From: Eutreptiella sp. 'Long Island Sound 2002'
Taxonomy: Eukaryota; Protista; Euglenida
Reading direction: 5' to 3'
Assembly: GCA_964036045.1 (NCBI GenBank)
Contig: OZ038378.1
Location: 165,354,001-165,418,000, forward strand
DNA: 64,000 bases
Numbering within the stretch: position 1 is the first letter of the stretch; every line of letters begins with the position of its first letter. This document shows positions 1 to 10,529 of the stretch, piece by piece. A program made the translations under genes and the position numbers. Below the pieces are notes generated by a model, which searched no databases, was not told the DNA's origin, and saw only the letters and a program-made list of their open reading frames with translations.

Positions 1-196
1 GCGAGGCACGCCGGGCCACACGGCAGTGCCGCGCCTGGCCCGGCCCCGGACCTGTCAGTCACGCGGGGGGGGGGGGGGGGGGGTTCCCTGGGCTGGGCTC
101 AACCCCTTGCACTGGGCCCTGGGGGGGGGGTCTGGCTTACCTCTGCCTGCCCTACACTGGCACAACACGGGGACGTCACGGAGTTTCGGCGGCTTG

Positions 197-3100
197 TCAC
201 TGAGTCGCGGCGGCGGGCGCGAGGGCCCACCGATGGGACACACCTGCTGTGGTGTACACCCACAGCGTGCCACAGGCATACGGAGTCATGAGCTGGGGCA
301 GCGCCAGGGTGCTGTCTCCTGGGGGCACAGCCGTGAGCAAGGCTACGCCAGCCCACAGGGGAGGTACACCAGCCTGGGCAAGCAGGGCAAGGGCCCAATA
401 TAAAGCCGCCGGCGGCGCGACGATGACGAGCACTGGGGCTCCATGGTGCCACTGGGGCTCTACAGGCAGGGATATATTCAGCTGTGCAGCACAGCGCACT
501 TGCCAGGACGGCAGACCCCGCACCAGGTAAGCCGTGACCAGGGAGTAGTCCCACGGTAGGTAGCTCTGGTGATCCAGCACGGAGACCGTGGGAGGTTGCG
601 GCGGGGGCTGGTCCGGCGTGCGGTGAGGATACGGGAGTGAGGCCCAGAGGGCTAGGAGGTCAGAGGGGGTCAGGACAGGCTGGGCCAGGGCACTTACTAC
701 GTCCTTCGTTATGCGGCGCCGAGTGGCCGCGGTGAGGAAGGCCTCACCCCCATCGGGGGAAGCGTACCATAGGCCGGAGAGAGTGAGGACGTCTCCCATG
801 CCGGTGTCCTCCGACGTGAAGTGTGAGTCCCATGTACAGCTCAGTACCGGCCGCCCTCGACCGTCGAGTAGGTGTCCGTCCCCCGTGACGGTGGCGGCAG
901 GAGTGGGGGTCGTGGCGTGGAGGAGGAGGGCTTGGGCACGGCGCAGATGGAGGAAGGCCGCGGGGCACCGGCTGCGGACGTGGCGCCAGAGTTGGTGCTC
1001 GGCGGCGCCGCAGAAGTGGCACTCCATGGGGATGTTTGGCTCCGGGGGCGGTTGCCATTCGAGCACCCGGTATGCAAGGGCGCGCTTGATGGCACGGGTT
1101 GGAATGTTGTCCGCTTCCAGCAATTCGTGGAAAATCGTGCCATCGGGGCGAAGGAGATGAGCTCGACGGCCGGAGAAGTAGGCGGAGGTGGTGGTGGCGG
1201 CGTAGGCCGCGTCTAGACCCAATTGCGGCTCCACGAGCATGCTGCCGCGGTAGTGCAGAACGAGGGGGTCAGGGAGGAGGTGGGGCAGGGGCACTGCCCA
1301 GGGGGTGGGGGCAGCGGCCCCGCGGGCTGCTAACTGATGGGATTCCCGGTTGAGGATCGCCAGGAGGTGAGTGGCGTGGCTGTCATGCTGTGCTGGGACC
1401 CACAGCTCAGTATGGGAGCGGAGACGGAGGAGGGTGGAGGAGAGGCGGCGCCACAGTAGTTCAAGGACAGTGAGTTTTGGGGGGAAGCGCGTGTGGGCAC
1501 GTAGCAGGGCTGAGGTGCTGTCCAGGGCGGTAGTCAAGTGGCCCGACCACCCATCGAGAAGGTACAGACCAACCAGGTGGGCCAGCCACTCCGCGCCCGC
1601 GGGGGTGACCCACATGCGGATGCCGTACCAAGCGCGGAGGATCACACCTTGGTCGGGGGCGTAGAAGACGATGCCGCCGCCGCCGTCGCAGCGGCGGAGT
1701 GAGGCGTCGGTGGAGAGCACCAGGCTGGGACACCTGTGCAGTACTGATGGGTCCGCATCAGTGTGGATTGGCATGGCGCTGATGGCTGGGTCGGGGAAGA
1801 GGGATACCTCAACTGATAGTTGCTGGGCTGCAGCACGGAGGGGGCGTGCGTCACTGCCAGGGAGGTCGTTCTCTGCCAGATACCGCGCGGAGCGGTGCGC
1901 AAGCAGGGACCTGGAGCAGGTGGCCTGGGTGTACGTTACGAGCAGATGGCACGCCGAGCGGAGGGGGGGGTGGGGGCAGCCGGGGCCGCCACTGCTGGGG
2001 GGGAGGGCGAGAAGGGCACGGGATGTCCAGCACGGGAGCCCCAGAACGTGGCGGTAGTATCCTCGCGACTGGATGGAGAGGTCCTCGATCTGCTCTGGGG
2101 GAACTGCCACGCCGGAGGCAATGTAGTCCATCTGCGAGAGAATGAAGGCCCACAGGGAGCGCAGGGCCAGGATGGTGGTGGTGGGGAGGGTCTCTATGCG
2201 GCGGCGCATGCGCGTGACTTGCTTGGCGAGGTCGGCGTATGCGTCTGGGGGTTTGAGGGCGTGGGACAGTGGGATGCCGACGATCTGGGGGGTGGCCTGA
2301 GAGGTCGGGGTGAGGTAGTACGGCACTGTGGAAGTGACCTGGTCGAGGCCTGAATCGGTGATCTGGAGGGCGAAGAAGCGGAGTTTGTCCATGTGGACCA
2401 GGCCGCCCTTGGCTACGGTGGCTCGGGTACAGAGCCGCGTCAGTGCGACGAGGGAGGGGAGCGTAGGCCTCACGAGGCGGCGGTCGTCCGAGTACGACAG
2501 GTTGCTGACTAGGACACCGCCTGGGCAGGGGGGCACATGTACGTCTGGAAAGTGCGGTAGGCTGCCACTGACGACGAGTTCTCCTACCTGGTAGGTGTCG
2601 CCCGAAGGGTTGTCCCCTTGGTTCCACCCTTCCTCCGTGATGTAGGGCGGGGCGAACCCGTCTGCCGTCAGCGGGTGGATGCGCAGGCGGCCGTAGTATT
2701 TAACGGCCCAGGGCCCAAAATCCCAGGGGAGCTGCAGGATGCTGTGCAAGTGGGTGCAGTCCTCGCGCTGTTGGCGGAGAAAAGCGTCCGCTGAGTCCCA
2801 GTCGGTGATTGCGGCGGAGCCGTGGCACTCCAGGCTGGAGAAGACGGTGGCGCGGAGGGCGAGGGCGAGGAAGGCGGGGCGAATGTCTGACCGATATGCA
2901 AACGCGTCAGGGGGAAGCGTGCCGGAGATCTCCAGGGACGGGACCAGCATGTCCCGGGCAGCGCGGGACTCCGCGCGGGTGAGTGGAGACGTGAGTGTGA
3001 CGGGGCGGTGAGCTTTGAAGAGGTGGGGGAAGGGCTTATTTTTGTCGATGCCCATCATGACGGAGTCGAGGGAGAGGGAGTCCGCGCCGGCGTCGACAAG

Positions 3101-4717
3101 CTGCAGGTGGCGCTGTACGCCCTGGACTCCTCCGTGGCGCAGGTGGTGAAGGAGCGCTTGGGGGCACTGGCCGAGGCCAGCAAACAGCGATCCCGGGGAC
3201 GTCACTGAGCGCCATATCCTGTTTGGGCGGAGCACTGGGCCTTCTGCCACTTGTCGGCTGAAGAGGCCTCGGCGTGGGCGGTCCCGCGGGTCTACGCCTG
3301 CGGCTAGGAGGTCACCCAGAAGACCAGCGGGTAGGTGCGCGATGGGGTCGAAGTATGGATCCCATTTAGAGGAATCATATGTGGTGGTGAGGAAGTCGAG
3401 GTCCGGGGTATGCCCGCGGTGCTTGGTGGTGGCCGATGCCTGGTCGTGCACTTCCTGGAGGCGGGCGGTCGCTGTGGGAAGCTCACAGCCCAAGTCTGGC
3501 TGGAACCCGCTGTAGGGGCGCAGCGGGTTAGAGGGGCAGCACAGGGCACCTTTGGTAGCTCCGGTGATGGTGGTAGATCGCAGAACTTCATCAGGTCGTT
3601 CTACTCCGTGGCGGGCGGCGGTGGCAGCTACAAATTCCCCGAGGTTGGCTAGCTCTGCGTCGGTGCGGGGAGCTGAGCGGCGGCGGAGGTCGCGCAGCAC
3701 GTGGTCCACTGGCCTGGGGTGGGGGATGAGGTGGCGGGCGGCTGCCCAAAGGGACTGGTGGAAGGCTTTGGGGCCTACGGGATAAGATGTCAGCCAGCCC
3801 CAAAGGAGGTCAATCAGCGCAGCCAGGCGGGGCAGGGTGCCGGGGGGAGAGTGGCGCCAGCGTATCATGCGCCAGCTGCGGATGTCGGCCAGGCCCTCCA
3901 GGGGCTCTACGGAGACGAGGAGGGGTTTGTGGGGTGTGGGCGAAGGGAGCACATCCGCATCTGTGATGGACCGCGCCCCCTTGACGAACACGTGGTCTAT
4001 GCAGGTCGCCTTGGGGACACCCCCCAAGCTGGAGTAGTGAGTGGGGGTGTCGGCAGGGAAGGCTGGGCGGAAACGGAGCATGCATCCGTCGCCGCGGCAC
4101 GCTGCCGCCAGGGGATGACGGGTACAGGTCCGCGACATGTTGAAGTCGCCCCCCACTAGCTCGAGGGCTGCCCGGAGGTAGGTGGCGAGGGTGGTGAGGT
4201 TGATGAGGATGGCGCGGCGTGATTTGTAGTCCAAATCGGGGTGGGCGTGCACAGAGGCGAGCAGGAGGAATCCCAGGGTGTGGTGCCGGACTGAGGACAC
4301 GAGTAAGTCGGCGGCATCGTGTTCGATACGAGGTAGTGTGGCTGGGTGTTGGAGGGATCTACGCCACCCGAGTACGAAACCTGTGCCGCAGCCCTCGGCT
4401 GAGCTGATGTGGCAGGCGTACAGGGTGGGCATGGCCTGGAGCAGGGGCTCGAAGGTCCAGACCTCCTGGAAGGCAAAGACGTCAACCTCCAGGGCGAGGA
4501 GGGTGTGTACTACGAAGTCTACCTGGGAGGCGACGCCCCCAATGTTCCAGGAAAGGAAGACGAGTCCCGCATATCGGCGCAGGTTGAGGGGGGAGAGGTC
4601 GCGGGACAGCAGGTGGCGGGCCCAGGGCGGAGATGGGAGGAGGAGGGAGTGGTCTGGGTGAAAGCAGGGGGTGCCCGGGCGAACTGGGGCTGAGGGCACA
4701 CCCTGCAGGAGTGGCAA
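197..4717 (-). CDS. LINE-A ORF2: AP endonuclease + reverse transcriptase + RNase H + CCHC zinc knuckle (1506 aa, no stops; true start uncertain)
   Basis: APE motifs SWNIGG, FQEV, GGDFN, CIDHVF, PHKPL. RT motifs HRPVTLTS, GWNQGDNPS, YSDD (~2483-2494). RNase H motifs TDAS, GAEW, ALDS, WVPAQH, NRESHQLA (~1330-1730). CHFCG...HVRSRC (~960-1021). Confidence 0.92.
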   Translation of the reverse strand: MPLLQGVPSAPVRPGTPCFHPDHSLLLPSPPWARHLLSRDLSPLNLRRYAGLVFLSWNIGGVASQVDFVVHTLLALEVDVFAFQEVWTFEPLLQAMPTLYACHISSAEGCGTGFVLGWRRSLQHPATLPRIEHDAADLLVSSVRHHTLGFLLLASVHAHPDLDYKSRRAILINLTTLATYLRAALELVGGDFNMSRTCTRHPLAAACRGDGCMLRFRPAFPADTPTHYSSLGGVPKATCIDHVFVKGARSITDADVLPSPTPHKPLLVSVEPLEGLADIRSWRMIRWRHSPPGTLPRLAALIDLLWGWLTSYPVGPKAFHQSLWAAARHLIPHPRPVDHVLRDLRRRSAPRTDAELANLGEFVAATAARHGVERPDEVLRSTTITGATKGALCCPSNPLRPYSGFQPDLGCELPTATARLQEVHDQASATTKHRGHTPDLDFLTTTYDSSKWDPYFDPIAHLPAGLLGDLLAAGVDPRDRPRRGLFSRQVAEGPVLRPNRIWRSVTSPGSLFAGLGQCPQALLHHLRHGGVQGVQRHLQLVDAGADSLSLDSVMMGIDKNKPFPHLFKAHRPVTLTSPLTRAESRAARDMLVPSLEISGTLPPDAFAYRSDIRPAFLALALRATVFSSLECHGSAAITDWDSADAFLRQQREDCTHLHSILQLPWDFGPWAVKYYGRLRIHPLTADGFAPPYITEEGWNQGDNPSGDTYQVGELVVSGSLPHFPDVHVPPCPGGVLVSNLSYSDDRRLVRPTLPSLVALTRLCTRATVAKGGLVHMDKLRFFALQITDSGLDQVTSTVPYYLTPTSQATPQIVGIPLSHALKPPDAYADLAKQVTRMRRRIETLPTTTILALRSLWAFILSQMDYIASGVAVPPEQIEDLSIQSRGYYRHVLGLPCWTSRALLALPPSSGGPGCPHPPLRSACHLLVTYTQATCSRSLLAHRSARYLAENDLPGSDARPLRAAAQQLSVEVSLFPDPAISAMPIHTDADPSVLHRCPSLVLSTDASLRRCDGGGGIVFYAPDQGVILRAWYGIRMWVTPAGAEWLAHLVGLYLLDGWSGHLTTALDSTSALLRAHTRFPPKLTVLELLWRRLSSTLLRLRSHTELWVPAQHDSHATHLLAILNRESHQLAARGAAAPTPWAVPLPHLLPDPLVLHYRGSMLVEPQLGLDAAYAATTTSAYFSGRRAHLLRPDGTIFHELLEADNIPTRAIKRALAYRVLEWQPPPEPNIPMECHFCGAAEHQLWRHVRSRCPAAFLHLRRAQALLLHATTPTPAATVTGDGHLLDGRGRPVLSCTWDSHFTSEDTGMGDVLTLSGLWYASPDGGEAFLTAATRRRITKDVVSALAQPVLTPSDLLALWASLPYPHRTPDQPPPQPPTVSVLDHQSYLPWDYSLVTAYLVRGLPSWQVRCAAQLNISLPVEPQWHHGAPVLVIVAPPAALYWALALLAQAGVPPLWAGVALLTAVPPGDSTLALPQLMTPYACGTLWVYTTAGVSHRWALAPAAATQ

Positions 4718-7519
4718 GTCGGGCGGTCGTAGGAGCGGTGGGCGATGCTAGTGGTCAGGTGGGAGGTGCTTGGGCTGGAGTGCAGGCACACAGCGTTGGG
4801 GAGGCGGAGGGAGGGGGTGGGGTCGAGGATGGCCGTGGAAGGGAGCTGGGGGCGGCCACAGGAGGGGCAGAACCACGCCACAATAGTTGTGGGTAAGGGG
4901 GGGGCAGGGTTGAGCCATAAGCGGTGGCCTGGAACGCCATGCAGTGACGTGTTATAATGGGCCTAGGGGTCGGGCCAGGGGGCCAGATGGGAGGGAGAGT
5001 CGTCAAAGAACCATACGATGTACCCGTGAACGACGATCGGGATGCTCACGACTGGGTCAGGGTCGTCGACCTGGAGCACTCGAACGGCCTGAGAGATCCA
5101 GAGGGCGAAGTCGCGGAGGGCGCGGTAGTGCAGGAGGGGCGGCAGGCAGGGCCGTGGCGGGGCGACAGGGGGTGGCAGGGCGGCCAGGAACCGGGCGACG
5201 AAGGTGGCGGCGGGCCACGGCAGCGGCGAGTCATGGGGCGGTGGCAATTGGACGTGGTCCTGGCTGCCGCAGAGGGGGCAGGCGGAGGCTGCAGCCCCTT
5301 GCTGGGTGATGGTGCCACACTGCCAGCACACAGTGGGGCAGGGGCCTGAGTGGGGTGGGTCGATGGCGAGGGGGTACGAGGCGTCGGGCAGTAGGTCGTG
5401 GAGTAGGGAGCGGGCTTGGGTTGCAAGGCTGCGGAGGTCGCGGAGGCGGGGGTATGCAATGGCACAGTCCAGAGCGAGCTGGGTGAGGAAGGTGGACGGG
5501 AGGGCGCCGGGGGGGAGGCAGTGCGGCAGGGTAAGTCAGTTGACACGGGAGCCGTGATAGGGGGTAATGCGGTGGGAGGTTTGGGGGGCATCGCGGGTGA
5601 GGGGGAGGGTCCCGTACGTCCGAGGTGGTTGGGGGGAGGCAGCAGGGGCCGAGGTCGAACTGGCAGAGGTGGCGAAACCAGGGGGGGATGGCTGGGGGGC
5701 GGGGCCATGTCGGAGAGGGCGGTTTTGCGCCGGCTGGGCTGGTTCCGGAGCTTCTTTTTGGGAGGCGGCTTGACAGGGCTGTCGGGGAGGAAGAAGGGTT
5801 CCCCGCCCGCAGTGCGGGAGTCGATAGTGATGGTGTAGTGAGAGTGGGGGTCAACGTAGGTGCGAGTGGGGGCGCCGGCGAATAGGATCCGAAACTGTTC
5901 GTTGGGAATGGAGGCGAAGTGGGAGCCGTCGCGGAGGGCTTGAGCGGGGATGGCTACCGGCGCACCGATATGGTGGGTGAGGGCGCTGGAAGCCTGCGTG
6001 GCATCTGGCACATGTCGGAGGCCTCGGAGGCGAATAACCTGAGGCGCGTCGACGAGGGAGGGGGGCAGTAGCCCAGTGGGGGCTGGGGGGGGGGGCGGCG
6101 GGAGGGTGGGTGGCGGGTGGGCAGGGGAAGGCGCTCGACGGGAGAGGCGAGGGGGGGAGGGGGGACGGGGCGCCTGGGTGAGGCAACGGAGGGAAAGGCC
6201 CAGGGGTGCGGCGCTCGAACCAGGCGTAGGCCGCAGCAGGGCCTGACGTGGCGGTCCGGACCTCAGACACCAGGTGGTCGAGCTGCTGCGGGCGGGTGGT
6301 GCCCTGAATTGCCACTGAGACGGCCACACGGAACGAGACGGCGTCACGGACAGCGAGTAGCAGGTTGGTAGCTTGAGGGGGTACCACTGGGGGGCGGGCG
6401 GCAAGGAGGGTGGCTACTGCGGATGACCAGAGGCTGGGGTGGGTGGCAGCGGCGTCCACGAGGGGGTCTAGGGATTGCAGGGCCGAGAGACGGTGGGACT
6501 CGATGGCCGAGGACCCATGGATGTCCTCAACGGTGGCGATCAGGTCAAGGAGATTGGCCTGCGGGGTGGGGCGGAGGTTCGTTGGAGACCCATACCAGAC
6601 TGTCTTGACGGCCGAGGCCAGCGAGCGCCCGCTTTTCACTGAGCGGAGTGTGGTAAGGGCACTGTCGGGAATGGCAATGTCAGTGCAGAGGATGCGGATG
6701 GATTGGGCTACGTGCTCGGCATGACTATCGGGGGTGGAGGCCAACCGCTCTATTTCGGACGTGAAGTCGGTGGTGGAGGCCAGGGCGCTGGGCTGCGTGA
6801 GCATCTGCTTCCAGAGCGGCTCTGAGCTCGGGGGTCCGGAGAGTTCAGCCCTCTTGAGGGCCAAGCGGGAGAGGACGCCTGGGTACTGCAGGATCGGCTT
6901 GTGGCGCGAGATTTCAGCGTTCCACTACTGGAGGGTCAGTGGACACGGGGCGGGCAGGCGGGATTCAGCTTGCGGCAGGATTTGGCAACGGAGGGCTTTT
7001 TTGCGGTGGGCTGCCTGCCAGGTCAACAACCAGTGGACGAGCGGCACGCGGTCGATGGGCCTCTTGGGGGACTCGTCGCCTGCAAGGAGCATGAGGAACT
7101 GGTCCGGGGATGAGGCACGAAGGGTGTCGCCGAAGGGGGACACATGCGCGGCCGCCGTTTGCTGGAGCTGGTGGAGCGCATCGGAGGGGGCCGCAGCCAG
7201 GTACGCGAGGAGGTCGGACATGGCCCCCTGGTATGTGCCCCAGTGAAAGTTGACGTCGCGCCGCAGCAGCGTGCCGATATCCAGGGGCGGGAGTGTCTCC
7301 ACAGCGACAGCCCAGAAGAGGCATAGGGCACCCAACATGTTCTCGTCCGGGTGAAAAGCCTCCACGGGCGTGTTCGACTCGTGGTGGACCACGCTGAGCT
7401 GCAGCTTGCTGGCAGCTTCGTTCTAGCCCACGGCAGTGGCCGGCCACGCTTCACCAGGGCGAATGTCAGCAGCACGCTGGGCCGGGGACTTGGCAGCGAA
7501 GGCGTGTCTGGGAGCCATG
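4519..7519 (-). pseudogene. LINE-A ORF1 (~1000 codons), disrupted
   Basis: Manual translation from ATG 7519 (MAPRHAF...) joins ORF-track pieces 6925-7392, 5851-6864, 5046-6404, 4963-5331 and 4519-4881. It reads through in-frame stops at 7423-25 (TAG), 6925-27 (TAG), 5536-38 (TGA) and 4963-65 (TAG), with two frameshifts in G/C runs (~6090-6180, ~5640-5705). Cys pairs CWQCG/CPLCG and FCPSCG/CHSC. Confidence 0.65.
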
Positions 7520-8180
7520 GCGGATCAGATGCCTAAGAGAGGCGCAAGCAGGGGGGATGCAACAGGGGGGCGGGGCAAGTGGCAGGGGCAGCAGGGCACC
7601 ACAGGGCCAGGGCACCAGGCACAGGGCACGCAGGCAGTGTGTGCAACAGGGGATATGGCTGGTCGTGCGTTTGGGCCTTATGGGCATCGTCGGGCGTCCG
7701 AGGTGGTAAGTGTGTGTATGCGGACTCACGGCGGGCCGTCTGGTGGCCTTAGGGGCCAGGCTGGGGCAAGGGCGTGGGCTGAGGTACGGGCAGAGGGGCA
7801 CAAGGGGCCAGGGGTGTAGGGGCAGACGCCAGGACACGGGCAGGCGCAGGGCAGGGGGGAGGAGGCATATGTTATGTCGCCGGCTTCGGGGCTTAAAGTG
7901 TGCGCTGCGGCGATGCGACCGACGTCCGCAGCTCGTCTGGTCGCTGAGGGGCTAGTGGTTGGCTGCCGCGTGCTCTAGAGACCCTGCTCCATGAACCCCA
8001 GGTGGTGTGCGGCGCCAAGAGGTGGACGGACTGGTCCACTGACCCGTTGGATGCAGAGCGGGCACCCGCTAGTGCGGGAAGTTTCCCGCGGGACGCTGGA
8101 GACTAACCCGGGCACGATACCAGCGTGCCTTGGTCACTGTGGGTGTGGTGGTGTGCGTGGGGGGCTGTGCGCGCGTGGGG

Positions 8181-8262
8181 GGCAGTGTGTTGCCTGGTGC
8201 TCCAGGCCCCGGTGGGGAGGCTGGGGAGCCTGACTCGGAGCCCACCGGGGGAGTCGCCGGCC
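8181..8262 (-). other. Highly structured ~80-nt 5' leader of LINE-A (pseudoknot-capable)
   Basis: Perfect 10-bp stem 8207-8216/8241-8250; crossing 5-bp pairing 8232-8236/8251-8255; hairpins 8218-8231, 8192-8207 and 8181-8194. Confidence 0.5.
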
Positions 8263-8832
8263 GGAACGAACATATTATGCAATCCTGTGCAATATGACAC
8301 TGTTGCGTTTTTTTTTGCCGGTGACGGATGGACATGGGGGGGGGGGGGGGGGGGATGGACACGGGGGGGGGAGGGTACAGCGGGTGGTTGCAGTGGGAGC
8401 TGAATGAACAACAATGTGGTCACTAATTGCTTGCGAACAACAATCGCACAGTGGCTGTGGTAGCGCATCTCCAAGTGGAAAGCGCTACAGCTCACCGGCA
8501 GTGGCTTCTCAGATTGTCATAGGACAATGGAGACAGTAAAGCAGGGCGGAGTCCAGAACTTGCTGGTGCAATTGGCCATTGACAAACAACTATTGTACAG
8601 CCACGGCAGCGGCATGTTGACATTGGCCATGGGATGCCACCCTCCCAAGCCATGCCGTGCCACAACATGGCTTGCATGCATCTGTTCGTGTTACGATGCA
8701 TGCCAATGAAGAGCCAATTGCTCAAAACTGGTCGCAGGCATTCACTTTGAAGCCGCTTTCCAGTTTCAAAGCGGTGTGTTGCATGACATGGAACAAGTAG
8801 GGATAAGCAATCATAGACGTGTTCGTTGTGCC
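8263..8832. repeat. Dispersed repeat, copy 1 (left end cut by the LINE-A insertion)
   Basis: Near-identical to 36265-36821 (ggaacgaacatattatgcaatcc...gttcgttgtgcc). Confidence 0.92.
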
Positions 8833-9971
8833 TGGACACGCCACCTCCAGGTCCACCGACATGCCGCAGGCTGCCCACTACTGCCAATGGCAGGGGGTGG
8901 CCGAGCCCTACACACGACTGGAGGCGGTCCGCACTCCCTGATTGCACTGGCACGGGTGGTGCTGCTCTAGGCTGGACCAGCCTCCCACGGTGACGGGGCG
9001 GCCGGTTGGAGGGGCCCCAGGGCGCGCCGAGCGCTTCCCTGCCCTGGGGCCTACCCGGGCGAGGGGCCCGGGTGGCGGTGCAACTGTCCATGTAAACGGG
9101 GGGGCCCGGAGGGCACACCACCCGAGTGACCGCTCCTTTGCCCGAGGGGGGGGGGGGGGGGCAGTTGTGCCCGAAAAAACAAAAAAGGTCTTCATTTCTG
9201 AATCTTGTTTTGTTGTCGATGATTGTGCCAAACCTCCGCCCATAGGGAACGGCTGTGTTCCCGCCTGCACAGTGAATTGAAGACAGCATTTCCAAAACTT
9301 ACCCCCACTAATCCGGGGGGGAGGGGTGTACAGGGTCGAGTTTCTGTGCCCATTCTGTGCGAGGTTTTTGTGCGCAATTTGTTCGGTGTTTTAAGGATTT
9401 GTGCGGGTATACGTTAGACTGTGCCTTTGCTCACCGATACCATGCCAAGGGATTTGGTGAATGATAATTAGTTTCCCATGGAAGGCGCAGAAGTGCTGAA
9501 GTGGTCCATCCTCATTTGTAGTGTTCCTGTTGCACTCAACACGGTGCAGACAAGAGTGCTGGTTGATGCACCAGGAGCGTCCTGCAGGAAATAACAGCAA
9601 CCTTCCACTGTTTCTCATGAGCAATTTTGCCCGACCTCGCATCATTTTTTTTTTCGCTCTCTTTTAAGAAGCGGCACGGGTTTCGTGGCGCCAGAATTTG
9701 TAGATTCGGATGTCCTGACAACAACCTTGGCCCCCGGGCCCAGCCACCGACACTCCCCACACCGCATGTGTTGGGGTCCGGAACAAAGCTGAGTTCCCCC
9801 CGATGTGCGGTCTTTTTCCAACGCACGCTCCGGGATGTCCCGGTGCGTGCCCCCACTGTGCCCGGCTGTGCTGCGGCTGTGTGCCTCTGGTGCCGCCGTG
9901 CACCACCACCCGTCACGCGTGAGCACTGCCGCCCAACACGCGTGACCACCGCCCCCATCTCGCGTGACCAG

Positions 9972-10529
9972 GTGATCGCCACGCTCGAGGGCCCCGCGGA
10001 GGTCGCGTTCCAGCGCTCCACCTCCGACGGGCCGGCCTCGCTGCAGGACCTCGCGGCGTACCCCAACGACCTCCACATCTTCTGCATCGACGACTCGGCG
10101 GCCGCCCGGCGGCTGCTGCGGCACAACCTCCTGACCTGGGCCCAGACCCCCCACGTGCACGTCTACGGGGAGGACGAGGCCGACGCCGCGGCGTTCGTGG
10201 AGGCCGCGCTGCAGCGCGCGGACATCGCGATCCTGGACCAGCACCTGGAGTACGGTGGCAGCGCCAACGTCCTGGGCACGGACCTGGTGGCCGAGCTGGT
10301 CACGCGCGGGTACCGGGGGCTCGTGTGCATGCGCTCGGCGAACGTCGCGGACGAGGACATGCGGCACTACCGCGCGGTCGGGGCGCACTGCACCTTCGGC
10401 AAGGACTGCCTCATGCGGGACATGATCGAGGAGATGAAGGGCGCGTACGTGCGGTGCATCTGCGCCCCGGACCGCAGCTCATCCGCAGTCCTGAGCGAGT
10501 CCACGTCCTTTGTCGCGGAGCCGGTGTGA
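9972..10529 (+). CDS. Terminal exon encoding a response-regulator receiver (REC) domain, probably of a hybrid histidine kinase
   Basis: Motifs FCIDDS, AILDQHL (phospho-acceptor Asp), CMRSAN and GAHCTFGK. GC3-rich codons start right after a CAG acceptor at 9969-9971, in frame with ORF 9627-10529. Confidence 0.8.
   Translation: MIATLEGPAEVAFQRSTSDGPASLQDLAAYPNDLHIFCIDDSAAARRLLRHNLLTWAQTPHVHVYGEDEADAAAFVEAALQRADIAILDQHLEYGGSANVLGTDLVAELVTRGYRGLVCMRSANVADEDMRHYRAVGAHCTFGKDCLMRDMIEEMKGAYVRCICAPDRSSSAVLSESTSFVAEPV

Larger units (their letters stand above)
1..8262 (-). mobile_element. Non-LTR retrotransposon (LINE-A), APE-RT-RNase H-CCHC type, 5' end complete; 3' end at or beyond the window start
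   Basis: Open ORF2 (197-4717), upstream broken ORF1 (4519-7519). The 5' boundary at ~8262 is where the sequence switches into a dispersed repeat whose uninterrupted copy lies at 36265. Confidence 0.88.

Noticed and set aside
4963-7425. Genome-wide UAG reassignment
   Set aside because: TAG terminates the dioxygenase ORF normally, and the 1506-aa and 768-aa ORFs have no internal TAG; C>T decay explains the stops.
8181-8262. Canonical HDV-like ribozyme
   Set aside because: Could not build a 7-bp P1, P3/L3 or the catalytic J4/2; kept only as a structured leader.
8833-9090. 258-bp MITE with TGGACA/TGTCCA ends
   Set aside because: The inverted repeat is only 6 bp, there is no clear TSD, and the right-flank match to the empty site is only ~7 nt.
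9480-9620. Retropepsin remnant (TRVLVDAPGAS)
   Set aside because: Catalytic motif imperfect, flanked by stops, no linked gag/RT.
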